Shown: positions 26,369 to 40,385 of the stretch, piece after piece
How the letters are laid out: every line of letters starts with the position of its first letter
Position numbering within the stretch: the stretch's first letter is position 1
Origin: the human T2T-CHM13v2.0 reference genome, Homo sapiens
Direction: 5' to 3' (one strand)
DNA length: 64,000 bases
NCBI RefSeq assembly: GCF_009914755.1
Contig: NC_060934.1
The notes under the pieces: generated by a model
Told to the model about the DNA's origin: nothing
What the model saw: only the letters and a program-made list of their open reading frames with translations
Database searches by the model: none
Program-made: the position numbers and the translations under genes

Positions 26369-29221
26369 GGGTAGGTATCACCACATTCCCTGTGGTGGTG
26401 TGTCTCTTCTCTGGGATTGGTTCTTCTAGAATCTCCCACCTTTTAGAACCACTTTAAGATATTTATTTATTCTCTCCAACCATCCTGGCAATCTTTTTAT
26501 CCTTAAACAGGAATAAATTCCTACAGCTGAATCTATTCAGGATTTCTGTGTGTATGTGTGAGAATTTATATGATGCTCAATCCTTTAAAAATCTTTTATT
26601 CAAGTAACTTTAAAAGTAAAACACAAGGTGTTTTATCATAAAAAGTGAGAGATGTTAGTCCACTTAATTTCTTGCTTGCTTTCTTTTGTGTCCCTAGATT
26701 ACTTAGCCTCTGTTTCCAGCCAGCAGTGGAAACAGCAAGGGTGAGGGTCTTAGGAGTCGACATGTAACACCTATTACTTCCCTTTGAAGTTCAGAACCAA
26801 TTTAGAGTTAAGAGCCAAGAGACACACAAATAGAGATCTTATTTCAGCTTTATTACTGATAAAACCATCTGGAGAATGTGTTTTTAAATTTGTGTGCAAA
26901 TGGCTTGCTCAGACACCCTGATTGGATTAGTTGGATTCATACCCCCAGCCATGGACAGCTCTGGGCATTTCCAGGCACCACCATGGGGCCGGCCTGGCCT
27001 GCTAGGCAGAGAGAGAACCATTGTGGTTTGCAGAATATACTGTAATCAGTTTCCTCTACTAACTCCTTTAGTTAGAAAAGTCACTCATCACCTGACGATA
27101 GAGGGGCCAGAAGGGCATGTTACACTCAAGTGCCTCCCCATGGAAACATGAAGAGTGAGGAATAACTGTTCCTTCCTAAGAGCAAGTAGGATTGATTAAT
27201 CCCTTGAACCACAATATGCAGTAAGACAAGCAATTTATGTAGGGACTTGAGTTCTGCAGTTAGTGTACTTATCTCTGGTAGGAGGCATTCCATGTTTTTA
27301 AGGCAGTCCTGTTTTTTTACTTAAGCTCCTTTCACTCTCAAACATGTTCTAGTATACCCGGCCTCATGTGGATAATTAATTATATAATGCCCGTAGTGTC
27401 TGGGGATAAAGAAGTCAATAGATTGAATCTCCTTAGATAGCCTGACAGTAAACTTATACTTGTGTTATTCTTGGAGTTTGAGATTGTTTTCCAGGATATC
27501 CATTTGGTGGAATTTCATATTACTGAGAACTGAAACTATCCATCAGTGTGAACAATAACAACAGTGTTTGCAGCAATGAGAAACCACCACTTCCTATGTG
27601 ACTTTGTTGAAGACATTTCCAGATTGCATATAATGTCCCTCTGGACTAGACTTTATTTTTTCAGAGAGATGGTGATTTAAAGTGAATTTCCTCCCTTTCC
27701 ATGACCACACCTGCAGCATTTATTGAAGGTTTTGTCTTTTAAGACACAGGGATTATGATGGTATTAAGTCTCCAGAAAGTGAAGCTTTCCTGGGCGATGG
27801 GAAACATAAGAAACAAACTGAGAAATGGGGGTTAAGAGTAGAACCTAAGAAGACTCCAGGACACGTCCTGGAGAAGTGATATTTATAGCAGGATATAGGA
27901 AATGATTCCAGCCCCGTAGCATGGGAAGAAATGGCTGTGTGACCGGAATCCAAGGCAAACTGTTTGCCTGCTCTCATGTATTAAGCTATAAGAGGGCAAA
28001 CTGTTATCAGCAAGACTGCACATGCTCAAATATATTGCCCCTGGTTATTTAAATGTCTATTAAAAGTGTTCCAATTTAGGGTCAGGATTTGAATTTCTTC
28101 TATTAATTGATGAAAATTTGCGAGGCTCTGTCAGAAACCATTTTCTTTATCAGGGCTCCAAAGTAAAAGAGGTGTTAGCTGGGTAGCTGGGCTGCTATTC
28201 TTAGTAAACCCCCTCTCCTCCTGCTATGCTGATATACTAATATTTTACTTAGCATTTGAAAAACCCTTTGGCTGCAATTAAAAGTCCTGTAAGTCTGAGT
28301 GGGTATACAGAGGCTAGGGTAAAAATTAAGTATTTGCTTCCCACACATTTTTTTTTTGAATATGTGACTCTTACTATACTGAGGAAGTCAGAATACCATT
28401 CAGATATCAATGAATTTATTTATTTAAATATAATTATAAACATTTAAATCCTGAAGCACTTCTAAATGAAATGTATTTTCAGGTTTTATTTTACTGAGAG
28501 AGAAGTGCAGAGCCCAAGGAATGAATTAATTATTAGTCAAAAGATGACATAAGTGTGAAGACCAAGAGGGGAAAGGTGGTATGTTGTATTTAAGATATAA
28601 GTGGAAATTCAATATATTTAAAGCATGGAGTTTGAGAGAAAGAGAGTGGTGGGAGGTGAGTCTGAAGAGATGTAGGAACCAAATCTCCATCTACGGGAAG
28701 GTCCCGGAAGCCATGGTAAGGATATTGGTGTTTCTAAAGGTGCCCAAGAGAGCAGGAGAGGGGAGGAGAGGTCAGAGGTGCCCCAAAAGGGGTCTGTGTC
28801 CAGAGAGCTAACTGAGCACACATGTCTATTTCCCTCTTGGTTCCACTTTCCTTTCATGACTTACAGTGCATCATTAAGAAGAGTATGTCTTAGAGAGAAC
28901 TGGATGATTAGAGAAGAAGTGGTCATTGAACTAAAACTTGTGATGAATTCTTGGAAGGTAGACAGAGGTGCCAAAGCCCAAGATAGACATCAGAGAAAAG
29001 AGAGGGGAAGGTGAGAACACCTAGCTCCCATTCAGGGGAAAACATTTTGGGTAAACAATGCTACATAACTATAGACAAAACACATGACAGTAATTTGCAC
29101 TCATTAACCTAGTTAACCTCATTTTCCAGTCATCAAAAGAAGGAGATAACTGAAGCTTATTAGATCTTCAAGGAAAACCAAGATCATGGGGGAAAAACGA
29201 CTGAACAATCACTTAGAAAAT

Positions 29222-29435
29222 AATTATTTAGCATTTAATTATTGCCAGGGACTCTTCTAAAACCTTTTCTTAAATTAACTAATTCAATCCTCAACAACTC
29301 TGAGAGGTACTGTTACTATCCTTAAGATGAGGGAACTGAGGAACCAAGAGGTTAAGCAATTTGCCTTTGGTTCACATAGCTAATGATGTGGAGATTTGAA
29401 CTTAGGCTGTTTGTCTCCCAAGCCTATGTTCTTAA
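29222..29435 (-). mobile_element. MIR
   Basis: MIR core AGATGAGGGAACTGAGG…GAGGTTAAGCAATTTGCC…GATTTGAACTTAGG. Confidence 0.8.
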
Positions 29436-29559
29436 ATTTGGGGAAATAGTAAAGATAATTTCCACAATGTGAAGACAGTTAGCAGCCTTAAGGATGAAAG
29501 GATGGTGCAAATACCATGCCCAGTGAGTGACAGAGTATCAAGGCTGGTAGAGCCTGATG

Positions 29560-31380
29560 AAAGCACAAGTTTTCAGAAAAGAGGGAAACAAACAATTCCT
29601 ATAAAGTTAAGAAAATCACATTGACACCAGACTTCTCATTGGTAGAGACCACAAAGCCCTTTTCAAAAGTGGGTCAAACTGGCAGGCTGAGCACATATCC
29701 TTCCTTCCCTTTCTGTCAAAAGATGGGACATTGTCTTCAACTTTGAATGACTTACACAGCAAAACATTCAAATTTATGGAAAGAAATGAAGACAATTTTA
29801 GACATGCCAGACTCATGGTTTACTATACAACAACCATCTCAGAAAGAGTTATTCAGTAATAGCATCAAAATGAAAAATAAATCAAAGAAATAAGGTAGTA
29901 ATCAAAATAAGAGTTAAGTAACTACTGACAGATATAAGGAAAGTAGTAACCATTCGGAACTAAAAACAATGGTATATGTTGCTGGAGGAGCAGTGTGGGG
30001 AGGGTGAGTATGGCAGCATAGTGTGATTTCTTTTTGTTTCTGGAGAAAATATAAAAGTAATCAAGCTTAGTTTTGTGTGTATTTTCTTTTAGAGATGGGG
30101 TTTCACCATGTTGCCCAGGTTGGACTCAAATTCTTGAGCTCAAGCGATCCTTCAACCTCAGCCTCTTGAGTAACAAGGATTCTAGTCACATTCCACTGTG
30201 ACTGGCTGCATACAAATATGTGAAGAGCAAGTATTACAAACGCAGTATTAGGATTTATTACTTCTAGACCACTAGAGGGGGAAATGGGATAAAGAAAAAA
30301 CAATGAAACCAAAGACAAGGAAGTGAAATAAATAAAAACAAAAATTAAAAAGAGAAAACAGAACCAAAAATGAATGTGAAATAGAAACAATAATACAGCA
30401 GAATTAAGTTTGAATATAACATTAATCCCAATTAATGTAAATAAGTGAAATTCTGCTCTTCAAAAATGGGTACTCTGAGAATAGACAAGCAAGTCAAAAC
30501 CCACAAACCGCTGTAACAGGGTGTGAAAAACAATAATAAGTTTTTTTCCTCAAATAAATGATACTCCAGTGTCATGCACAAATCTTAATTCTGTACTTTT
30601 AAATAGATATTAAAAATTATTCCTAATTTATTAAAAGAAAAATCTTACTTGATCGTGATGTGTTTTACTCAACAATAGAAGGATGGCTCAACATTCAGAA
30701 ATATATTACTTTAGCTCAGTATAACATAGATTAAAGAAAAAATCACATTCACTCATAGAAATATATTAGTTGTATTCTTGTAAATGCAGCTCTTTCTCAT
30801 TGATTTATAAAAGCTCCTTATGTATTCTGGATATTACTAATGGTTCCTCGATGTTTATATTGCAATGATTTCTTCTTTTTAAAGTAATATCCTCTATTTT
30901 GAATAATTTAGAATATTATCATTTTAATACTATAAATATTGTTAATACTGTTATTTTATCTTCTGGATTATTAAATATTGTTGAAGATGGGCTTTCCTTA
31001 TCCTAGGTTTTTAAACAATTCTCTCATATTTTCTTCCACTACTTTTATAATTGTTGGCTACATTGCTGTTTGTAAGACTGATAAACTGGGAACCAACTGA
31101 ATGTTGTTGGTGAAATCATGGTGCATTCATATGATGGGATACTTCTGAGCTCAAATGAATAATCAGAGTTATATGAAATAATATGGAAAGAGCTCCAAAA
31201 CACAGTCAGTAGAAAAAGCAAATCACAGAGTAAAATATAATGACTACATTAAGGTAAGAAAGTCTTTATGGAATACAAATGCACAGAGAATGTCTAAAAT
31301 GGAATATACCAATGCATTTCAAACTGTGGGAAGGGGAATTCAATTGGTTGGTACTCTGAATTCTATATTATTTGAAATCA
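29560..31380. mobile_element. Mixed old L1ME fragments plus an Alu monomer fragment (30075-30172, -)
   Basis: A-rich L1-like blocks in both orientations; AGAGATGGGGTTTCACCATGTTGCCCAGG at 30091. Confidence 0.5.
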
Positions 31381-32690
31381 GGAAGATAATGTTAGAATAA
31401 TTAATTTAAAAGGAGGGAAATATAAGAAAACAGAGGCAGCTGTTGATCAAGCTTTTACAGCATCTGACTCAGGCAAGGCTCCTGTTATCTAGGCTAGTGC
31501 CTCTCTAGTACTTAACCTGGGCAATTGTAAGAGCCCTGGGCCAATAAAATAACCAGGAGGACTGGGGTATCCCTGCTTCCAGGCTCAAGCCATCCCCCCA
31601 TCTCAGCCTCCCAAAGGGCTGGGATTATAGGTGTGAGCCACTGCAACCACCACATAAGGTTCATGAACCTCTGTGGAGCCTGGGAGAGTCAGCATGGGAC
31701 AGGAACCAGCTCGACAACTATATGGACCAGAGACACCTGGGTTTAATTTAAATCCAGGCTCCACCCTTTGGAATTTGTTTGCAGGAAACAGACTATGATG
31801 CATTTCTTAAGGTGCAGGTAGGTTAAATGTGATGCATTTTCTAGCACAGTGCCTGGTTACTTTATTTTATTTTGGATTATAAAATGAAGATTTCTAAGGC
31901 TCTTTATGATTCTAATATTTTTATGGGTCTTTTGAATCTGGGAAATGTGGTTGGGGGAAGAGCTCTATTAGACATTATTGTCAGGTAAATGAAGAGCATT
32001 TACTATAGTAGCTTCTTACTGAGGCCTGCTAGATTAGATTAATTTTATGCTGTGGATTAAACTGGATTTTAATTATGAGCGCAAATAAGATCCTGGTGTC
32101 ATTCATCTATGTTAATGTTAAGATTTTTCTTTTTCTAATGGTTCTGACAGAAAGAGGGAAAGGCTATTCTTGGAACATGAATAAGGCATATATAGCCACA
32201 GCTATACATACCTTTAATTACAACCAGGAAGAGTTCAGAGGGGAGAAAAGAAGATGAGGTATATGATCCCATGATATGCTAATTAGAATTTTTCATATAT
32301 GTTGGTTTGCAAAATACTACTGAATACGCATTAGGTATTTTTGCAAAGACATTGAAGAGGAAATTTGTACTGCTTTATGAGCCTCCAGTCTCTCTGAAGA
32401 TAGCAACTTTCCAAACCACACTGGTCAGGATGAAAAAATGACTTTCTGCAATTGCTCTACAGTCAGAACTTTGCAATCACAGTGACTGAAGTGAAAGTGC
32501 TGACTAAGGGCTCTATAGGAAGGTGACGTGCAGAATTATAATAAGAAGGTGGCAATGATTCAACCATGGGTCATTTGGCAACTCTCATTAGCAGGTGACA
32601 GGGCTGTGGTGAAGGGCAAAGGAGAATCATTCCAATTATGTCCCATAGCTTTTACTTGTTCCTCCAATTCCATGCCTTTCTCAATTTTGC

Positions 32691-33003
32691 TTTTTTTTTT
32701 TTTTTTTCAGGGTCTCACTCTGTCACCCAGGCTACATACAGTGTGGTGGCACAATGGCAGCTCACTTCAGTCTCAACCTCCTGGGCTCAAGCAAATCCTC
32801 CCAGCTCAGCCTTCTAAGTAGCTAGGAATATAGGCACATGCCATCATGTCCGGCTAATTTTCTTCTTCTCATTATTATTATTATTTTGTAGAGACAGGGT
32901 CTCATTATGTTTCCCATGCTGGTCTCGAACTCCTGGGCTCAAGCCGTCCCTCCACCTCGGCCTGCCAAAGTGATGGGGTTACAGGTGTGAGCCATTGCAA
33001 CCA
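32691..33003 (-). mobile_element. AluJ
   Basis: CTCCTGGGCTCAAGC in both arms; flanks CAATTTTGCTTTT. Confidence 0.92.
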
Positions 33004-33321
33004 ACAATTTTGCTTTTCAGTGTAGTTGTTTGCATACTTGCCTCCCCAGTAAGATTTTAAAGGTGTGCAAAGGCATAAACTAGACACGTATTCATCAGTG
33101 ACCCCTATAGCACTTAGCAGGATACTTTGCAGGAATATTCTGCAGTAATTGCTGCTTCATAAATGTTGGTTGGATTATATCTTCAAATATCTGGTCCTGT
33201 GGATTTATTCCACAGATGCTGCATTAAACATTTGGCTATAAGCATAAACAGACATGTGGGATAGGCTTTGTGCTTGGCCTGAAAGAGTTTCACTCTTTTT
33301 AAAAAATTAAAGTTTTAAAAT

Positions 33322-33607
33322 ATATTTTGGAGACAGAGTCTCATTCTGTCACTCAAGTCTGGAGTGCCATGATGCTATCACAGGTCACTGCAGCCTCAAA
33401 CCCCTGGGCTCAAGTGATCCTCACACCTCAGCCTCCCGAGTAGCTGGGACTACAGTTGTGAGCCACCATGCCCTGCTAATGTTTTCATTTTTATAGAGGT
33501 CTTGTTATGTTGCCCAGGATGGTCTCAAACTCCTGTCCTCAAGCGATCCCGTGCCACCTCAGCATCCCAAAATGTTGGGATCACAGGTGTGAGCCACAGC
33601 ACCTGGC
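33322..33607 (-). mobile_element. AluJ
   Basis: Antisense dimeric AluJ. Confidence 0.9.
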
Positions 33608-34842
33608 AGGAAACTGACTCTTTATTAAATCTGTGAGTCCCATTTTACGCTTAACAGAGTGACTTGAGTGTATTGCTTGTCAGGAGCCATAGTCGGAGAG
33701 CTGTGCTCCAAACCAGTATGATTTTAAAAAACTTCCTGAAGAGAAGAAACAAAGGCACTGAAGTCAGCTTTGAGTTGACTTGTTCTAATTTTGAACACCT
33801 CTTGTTATCAGTAAATCCTTCAGTCTCCAATCTCACAAGGTGCCTTTTAATCCCCCGTACTCTCTCTTTTCTCATGGGAGAGATGGATTTTGGCCACTTT
33901 GCTATGTTATGTGGAACCATTTATGCTCTTGACTGTGGTAGCAGTATGACCTCGCAGCTTCGGGTGAGGTTTGAGCCAAATCATGCATTGGTCTGTTTTC
34001 CCCATTAACTGGTGAACTGTAGAGTTAGAGCTATGGATGTAGATTACATTTTGAAGCTTAGTCATCAGCAAGAGCCTGATTAATTTCTTTAGCTCTGATA
34101 TTAGTCCAAAGCCAGAGGCTTTCAGTTTGGTGAAAAACATTAACTGCCTCCTTCATTTGGGCTGATTGATTGGTGGCTGAACAGAAGGCATTTCTTCCAG
34201 TCCACAGTGAATGTGAATTTTCCTTCAGATGCTCCCACTGAAAGCATAAGCTTTGTTTACTCATGCAAGGAGTGAAAAGATCAGATTCCTTTTCTGCTCA
34301 ACTGTTCCTAACAGCTTTCTCAGAATCTTAATTTTTCTCTTCTACTCCCAGCCAGCAAGGAGAGATGGTGGCAAGACACTGACTTTGAATTGGAGGATGG
34401 GATTGAAGACTGCTCCTGCTTCTTCCTTGGTCAATGCATTAATAACCAGCTCAGAAAATAATATGTCAACCAGATTTTCTCTCTCAGCAGTGAATAACAT
34501 CTCAGAATACCTTGGAGGTGCTCACAACTGCGTGCGTTATTTGCAATTGGTCCTTGCTTTCCCTCCCCAGTGTGAAGATTCATTTCCTCTTCCTTTTCCT
34601 TAGCAGAGTTGAAATGTTTCCTGCTTGCCTGAGTATGAAGGGATCACATGTTTGTCCTTGTGTTTCAGCTCTGCAATATAAATGCTTGATGTAACCATTT
34701 AACAGGATTGAATTTTATCCGAACCATTTAAAAGTTGGGGCAAACAATGAAAATGACTAAAATAGCTAAGTTATCTTCTAGTCTTAGTAGCTACTTAAAT
34801 GTCAGTTGGGTAAATTTGATGTAAGCATTTGGTTTTAATTAA

Positions 34843-34992
34843 TATATATATATATATATATATTGGTAGAGGTGGGGTGGGCTCCTGCTATATTTCTTAG
34901 GCTGGTCTTGAACTCCTGGGCTCAAGCAATCCTCCCACTTTCGGCCTCCCAAAGTGCTGGCTTTACAGGCATGAGCTACCATGCCTAGACTG
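34843..34992 (-). mobile_element. Alu monomer (FLAM_C-like) with (TA)n tail
   Basis: Left-arm-only Alu preceded by (TA)n at 34843-34863. Confidence 0.8.
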
Positions 34993-35102
34993 TTGGGTAA
35001 ATTTCCATTGCCTGCTACTTGTACTTAAACCAGAAATATTGAAAGGGATGATTACTACTTTAGCCAAGAATTAAGCTTAAAATCTGAATTGAGGTCAAAG
35101 TA

Positions 35103-35330
35103 TAATAATCCTAGTTAACATTAATCTGAGTGATGGTGATAACACATTTTTGAATTATTTTATGTGTATTATTTCACTTCATTTTAGCAACAACCCTAAG
35201 GGGTAAGTGCTATCATTATTATTATTACTACTATTTTGCAGTTGAAGCAATTTCAGATTGGAGAGTTAAGTAACTTTACCCAAGATTACATGACCAGGAA
35301 ATAGAGAAGGTGGGACTCTAACTGCAGTCT
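35103..35330 (-). mobile_element. MIR
   Basis: GCAACAACCCTAAGGGGTAAGTGCTATCATT…GAGAGTTAAGTAACTTTACCCAAGATTACA. Confidence 0.75.
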
Positions 35331-35844
35331 ACATTTTACAGGTGACTATGGAATGCCACTATATTGTATTTCCAGGTAGACTGTGAATGGTTGAAATATG
35401 CTCCTGTTGTCTGCTAACTGCTTAACGCCAGCTTCTGGGGTGCTACTTTCTCAAAAGATGTAATTGGCATCAGGATGGCCCTTCTCATCTTAACATTTGC
35501 TTTCATGTAGATTCTAGAATGTTTGCAAATACTTGTATCTTAGTCCATGGGTAGATGATTGTTTTAGCAGAAAAGGATTTATGTCACTTTATAGAAGCAT
35601 AGGGATTTAAGATTGCCCTTGAAGAATGGGCAGGGCTCAGAACAATTAAATGGAGTGATGATAGTCAGTTGAACTATCTACTGCCACGGGCTGTGGTCTA
35701 GATGAACCGAGCCTTTTCAACATTATCTTCAAAAGTCATGATTTTCTTTTTCTGTGAAAGGAGAATATTATTCATTTAACTCATTGCAATGAATTTTCTG
35801 TGATTTTTATGCATGACCCTGTTCAATGCTGTGGTTTTGTACAG

Positions 35845-36250
35845 TGCTATGGTGGAATTAGCTAGCTTTTGGTTTTCTAGCATTTGAATACTCTCTTACT
35901 TGGAGACTGCCGTTTGTTATGCAGGCCTTTGTGGGAGGGATGGTGAGATCCCCAAACGAAACAAAAGGAAGGAACAAATATCCTCTCTCCCTGTTCTTTG
36001 CTGCTTGAGTAACCTGGACTTGGCCAATCAGATGCTCCTGTCCAACACTGTGAGGTCATCTGTGGAAATTTCTAGCACTGTGAGTATCCAGGGGATGCAG
36101 CACCAACATTGGCACCCTGGCCAGACTGTCTGGTGCAGACTTGACTAGGTTCTGAGCTGCCAGGCTTTCTCTGTTTTCTGCCAATATGCTGACTATTATC
36201 CAGGCTTCCCAGAGGTTTTGTGAGCTCCCACTACCCAATATTTCATAATA
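35845..36250 (+). mobile_element. Old ERVL LTR (LTR33-like)
   Basis: GGCCAATCAGATGCTCCTG and TGGCCAGACTG motifs typical of LTR33. Confidence 0.45.
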
Positions 36251-36252
36251 CA

Positions 36253-36292
36253 TTCTATTAGCGTTCTCCAGAGAAACAGAATGAACAAATGG

Positions 36293-36325
<33 letters not shown>

Positions 36326-36733
36326 CACACACGTTATTTAGTATAAGGAATTGGCTCAAGTGATTTTGGAGGCTTAGAAATTCCACCATCTGCCACTTGC
36401 AAGCTGGAGAAAAGCCACTTGCAGGCAAGCCAGTGGTGGAATTCTGAGAACCAGAGGGATGATGGTGTAAGTTCTAGTGTAGGGGCAGGAGACTGATATT
36501 CCAGTTCAAGAAGTCAGGAAAAGAGAAGAAATTCTAACTTCTGCCTTTTTGTTCTATTCAGGCCTTCAATGGATTGAAGGCCTCCTTCCCACATTGGCAA
36601 AGGCAATTTGTCTACTAATTCAAATGCTAATCTTATCCAGAAACACCCTCACAGACACACCCAGAAATAATGTTTATCCCAAAACCTGGACACCCCATGA
36701 TCCAGTCAAGTTGACACGTAAAATTAACCATTC
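36253..36733 (-). mobile_element. MLT2B-like LTR (ERVL) with (CAA)n(CA)n microsatellite
   Basis: GTTCTCCAGAGAAACAGAA … CAGTCAAGTTGACACGTAAAATTAACCAT; (CAA)10 at ~36294-36323. Confidence 0.85.
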
Positions 36734-36828
36734 TGTATCTATTCCCACCAAGTAAGCCATAATTGGTTTTTGATACATGGAATCAGAAATTCCACTGGTA
36801 CAAGTCCCTTTCAGAAATGTACAACTAT

Positions 36829-36955
36829 GGTTGGGTGTGGTGGCTCACACCTGCAATCCCAACACTTTGGGAGGCTGAAGCAGGAGGATCACTTGAGACC
36901 AGAAGTTCCCAGCCTGGGCAACATAGCAAGGCCCCATCTCTACAAAAAGAGAAAT
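36829..36955 (+). mobile_element. Alu monomer (FLAM-like)
   Basis: Left arm only, with A-rich end. Confidence 0.8.
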
Positions 36956-37342
36956 ACACAACTAGATTTTAAATATGTAATGGAATTATAAAAATTAATA
37001 CAAATAATATGACAGAAATTTGTGAAACAGAAAAAACTCATCCATAATCACACCATTCTAATATGATATCACATTTGTGGTTTTAAACTTTTTTTTAACC
37101 TATAAACATTTCCATAGTTATTCTCATGCCTCACCCAGCTTCTCAAGGTGCTCACTCTGACATAGCTCTTTCACGGAAAACTCAGTGGGCCACAAGATTC
37201 TGGGGGAGCTCAGTGAGAAGTGTTTAATAATGAACCAGGATGAGATGTGCCTCACCCCTAGCCCCAGTTAGCATGTATTGAGTGAGGCATCATCTCACCT
37301 TAAGAAAAGTCCTTTTAGCAGGTAATGGAAAATTGTGTATAG

Positions 37343-37701
<359 letters not shown>

Positions 37702-38851
37702 AGATGATTCTCCTTTTATACAAAGCTCAAAAGGTAGGGCCTTGAGAGAAGATGGATTTCTAAGGGGGAAGCTCTGTGGCAAAAGTCTGTTACAATGTGT
37801 TATAATGCTCACATTCAAGTTGGAAGGTCATATTTAAACCTAACTATGCAGATACGTATCTAATGAGCTGGGCATAGGAAGACACAGAAGAGCTTTGCAG
37901 AGTTCCCACTCTCAAAGACTTTACAAACAGCTTGGTGTGACAAGACCTGCAACATTAGGCAACTAGAGAACACAGTATGAGGCAGTGAAAGTTATGGGCG
38001 GTGAGGACTGCGTGTCTTATAGCCCCAGGAAGGGCTTCTTGGATATGGTAACACTTCAGATTTGCCTGGAAGAATGGGCAGAGTCTGGATGGATAAAGAG
38101 AAACAGGGATAGCAAGTTGAGAGGCCAATATTAGCAAACAGGATGGCAGAGAGGGAATGCTACTTTGGTGGGGGCCATCATCCAGTTCTTCTTCAGTTAT
38201 ATAATAATGAGAAATTGGATTTGCAGTTCTCAAACTTCATGGATCCAGGATCCCTTTACACTGTTAAAAATTACTGAACACATCAAAGATTTTTTTGTGT
38301 GTATGTGGGTAATTTTTATTGGTATTTACTGGATTTGAAGTTGAAGTAAGTAACACAGTTTTATGAAAAATAACTCCATTTTTGGAAAAAAAAATTAGCA
38401 AGAAGGCTGGTATTGTTTTTGAAAATCTTAATAGAAGACAGCTGGCTTGTTTTATTCACTTCTGCATTTAATCTGTTGCAATATGTTGTTTTGTCTGTAG
38501 GAGCTGAAGGAAATCTGACCTCACAAAGATATGTGGTTAGAAAGGGGAGACATAGTTTAACAGTACTTTCCAAATTGTTGTGAATATTCTTTGATAGTAT
38601 CTATAGTATAGAATTTGGCAAGAAGCGATTTCTTAAATGTTGGTTACAATGTGGAATCTGAAAGTTTATCAATACACCTTCATATTCTGCTGTGTTATAA
38701 TCCACTGGCCCATCATGCAGTGTGTGATTTTACCTGTGTGTGATTTTGTAACACCATGCATTGGCCATTTGGAAAATATTTGTTCACTGAGTTGTGCAGA
38801 TCTTCCTAACCCTGACACATTTCATTAAACAGCAGCAAAAGATCACATTTA

Positions 38852-39146
38852 GGCCGGGTGGTGGCTCACCCCTATAATCTCAGCACTTTGCGAGGCCAAG
38901 GTGGGAGGATCACTTGAGCCCAGGAGTTTGAGACTAGCCTGAGCAACAAGCAAGAGCCCATCTTTGCAAAATTAAAATTAAAATATTAGTTGGGTGTGGT
39001 GGTGCATGCCTGTGGTCACAGAAACTCAGAAGGCTGAGGTGGGAGGATCTGCTGAACCCAGGTGGTTTGGTGATGCTGCAGTGAGCCATGAGTGCACCAC
39101 TGCACTCCAGCCTAGGCAAGAGAGTGAGACCCTGTCTCAAAAAAAG
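38852..39146 (+). mobile_element. AluJ
   Basis: Dimeric Alu; flanks GATCACATTT / GTCACATTT. Confidence 0.92.
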
Positions 39147-39623
39147 TCACATTTGTTAATATCATCCCTCCTTTGTATTAGAAAAGTCTCTAAGTATTCA
39201 GAAGCTATCAAGCTGATGGTGGCAGATACAAGCTTTGCAACATTCTAATTTTCATTTGAAATCTACAAAAATTTTACATCATTGGCAGCAAGTTCTGTCA
39301 GTCATTTTCCTTGAAATGACAGGGTCATATAATTCATTTTAGAGAGAATGCCTGACAAATACTCAACTCTGAGTAGCTGTAGTTTTCTGTCAATAGTTCT
39401 TTCAAGTAAAAATGTATTTCATGAAAAAAGTAGCTAGTTTTGCTCACACTTTGAATGACTGCACAAGTACTCGACCTTCCTTGGTAGGCAGCAAAAGTGT
39501 TTTATGCATGCTTCCTGTTTAGACACACTGAATATTAGAAATTGCGCTCACATTGAGATTTAGTAATTAATGAATTTATTTCATTGTATCAAGGAAATTC
39601 TTAAGTTCTTAGGTGACATTGAC

Positions 39624-39680
39624 TCCTCCTCCTCCTCCTCCTCCTCCTCCTCCTTCTCCTTCTTCTTCCTCTTCTTCTTT
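39624..39680 (+). repeat. (CCT)n/(CTT)n trinucleotide tract
   Basis: Direct inspection. Confidence 0.9.
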
Positions 39681-39952
39681 ATTTACTGCAACCATGTGGC
39701 AGCAAAGACTACAATGAATGACCACCTGTAGTAAAGCATGTGCTGCTGCCTTGATTTTTGTGATGGTGTCACCATTCTACCCACCTTTATTTTTGCACCA
39801 CCAATGCAAATGTCAACAAAATGAGAAAGAAGCAAATAATTATTTTTGTTATTATAAAACAGTTTGGCCTCATGAAGTCCCTGAAGGGGCTCTGGAGCCC
39901 TCAGGAGTCTGTGAACACACTCAGAGAACCACTGACTTAAATTCATAAACAG

Positions 39953-40198
<246 letters not shown>

Positions 40199-40204
40199 TT
40201 ACAA

Positions 40205-40385
40205 ACAGTGCCTTCTATACTAGGCATTTTTTCTTTGATTTAAATGTATTAAATTATTTAATTCTCACAACTCTCTTTAGGACATAAGGTTAATATTCTC
40301 AGTTTACACATGAAGAAACTGAGGCTCAGAGGTTTCTCAGGTCACACAGATGTGACATAGCAGAGGCTCACTCTGGCTTTAGCCC
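40205..40385 (-). mobile_element. MIR
   Basis: ACATGAAGAAACTGAGGCTCAGAGG core. Confidence 0.75.

Larger units (their letters stand above)
38221..39934 (-). mobile_element. Charlie1a-like hAT DNA transposon fossil (interrupted by an AluJ)
   Basis: Ends GCAGTTCTCAAAC… and …GAGAACCACTG; ORF 38361-38573(-) LPFLTTYLCEVRF…KTTYCNRLNAE resembles the hAT transposase C-terminal dimerisation motif (TTYLCE…K…RNRL). Confidence 0.85.

Noticed and set aside
29130-29222. EF-hand/centrin-like peptide QKKEITEAY*IFKENQDHGGK
   Set aside because: Lacks the DxDxDG loop, contains a stop and runs into a MIR; consistent with chance.
30267-30284. CTCF-like CCACTAGAGGGGG
   Set aside because: Mismatch at the conserved C of GGC; a single weak motif inside old L1 sequence.
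36056-36328. Poly-Cys ORF
   Set aside because: Antisense reading of the (CAA)n microsatellite in MLT2.
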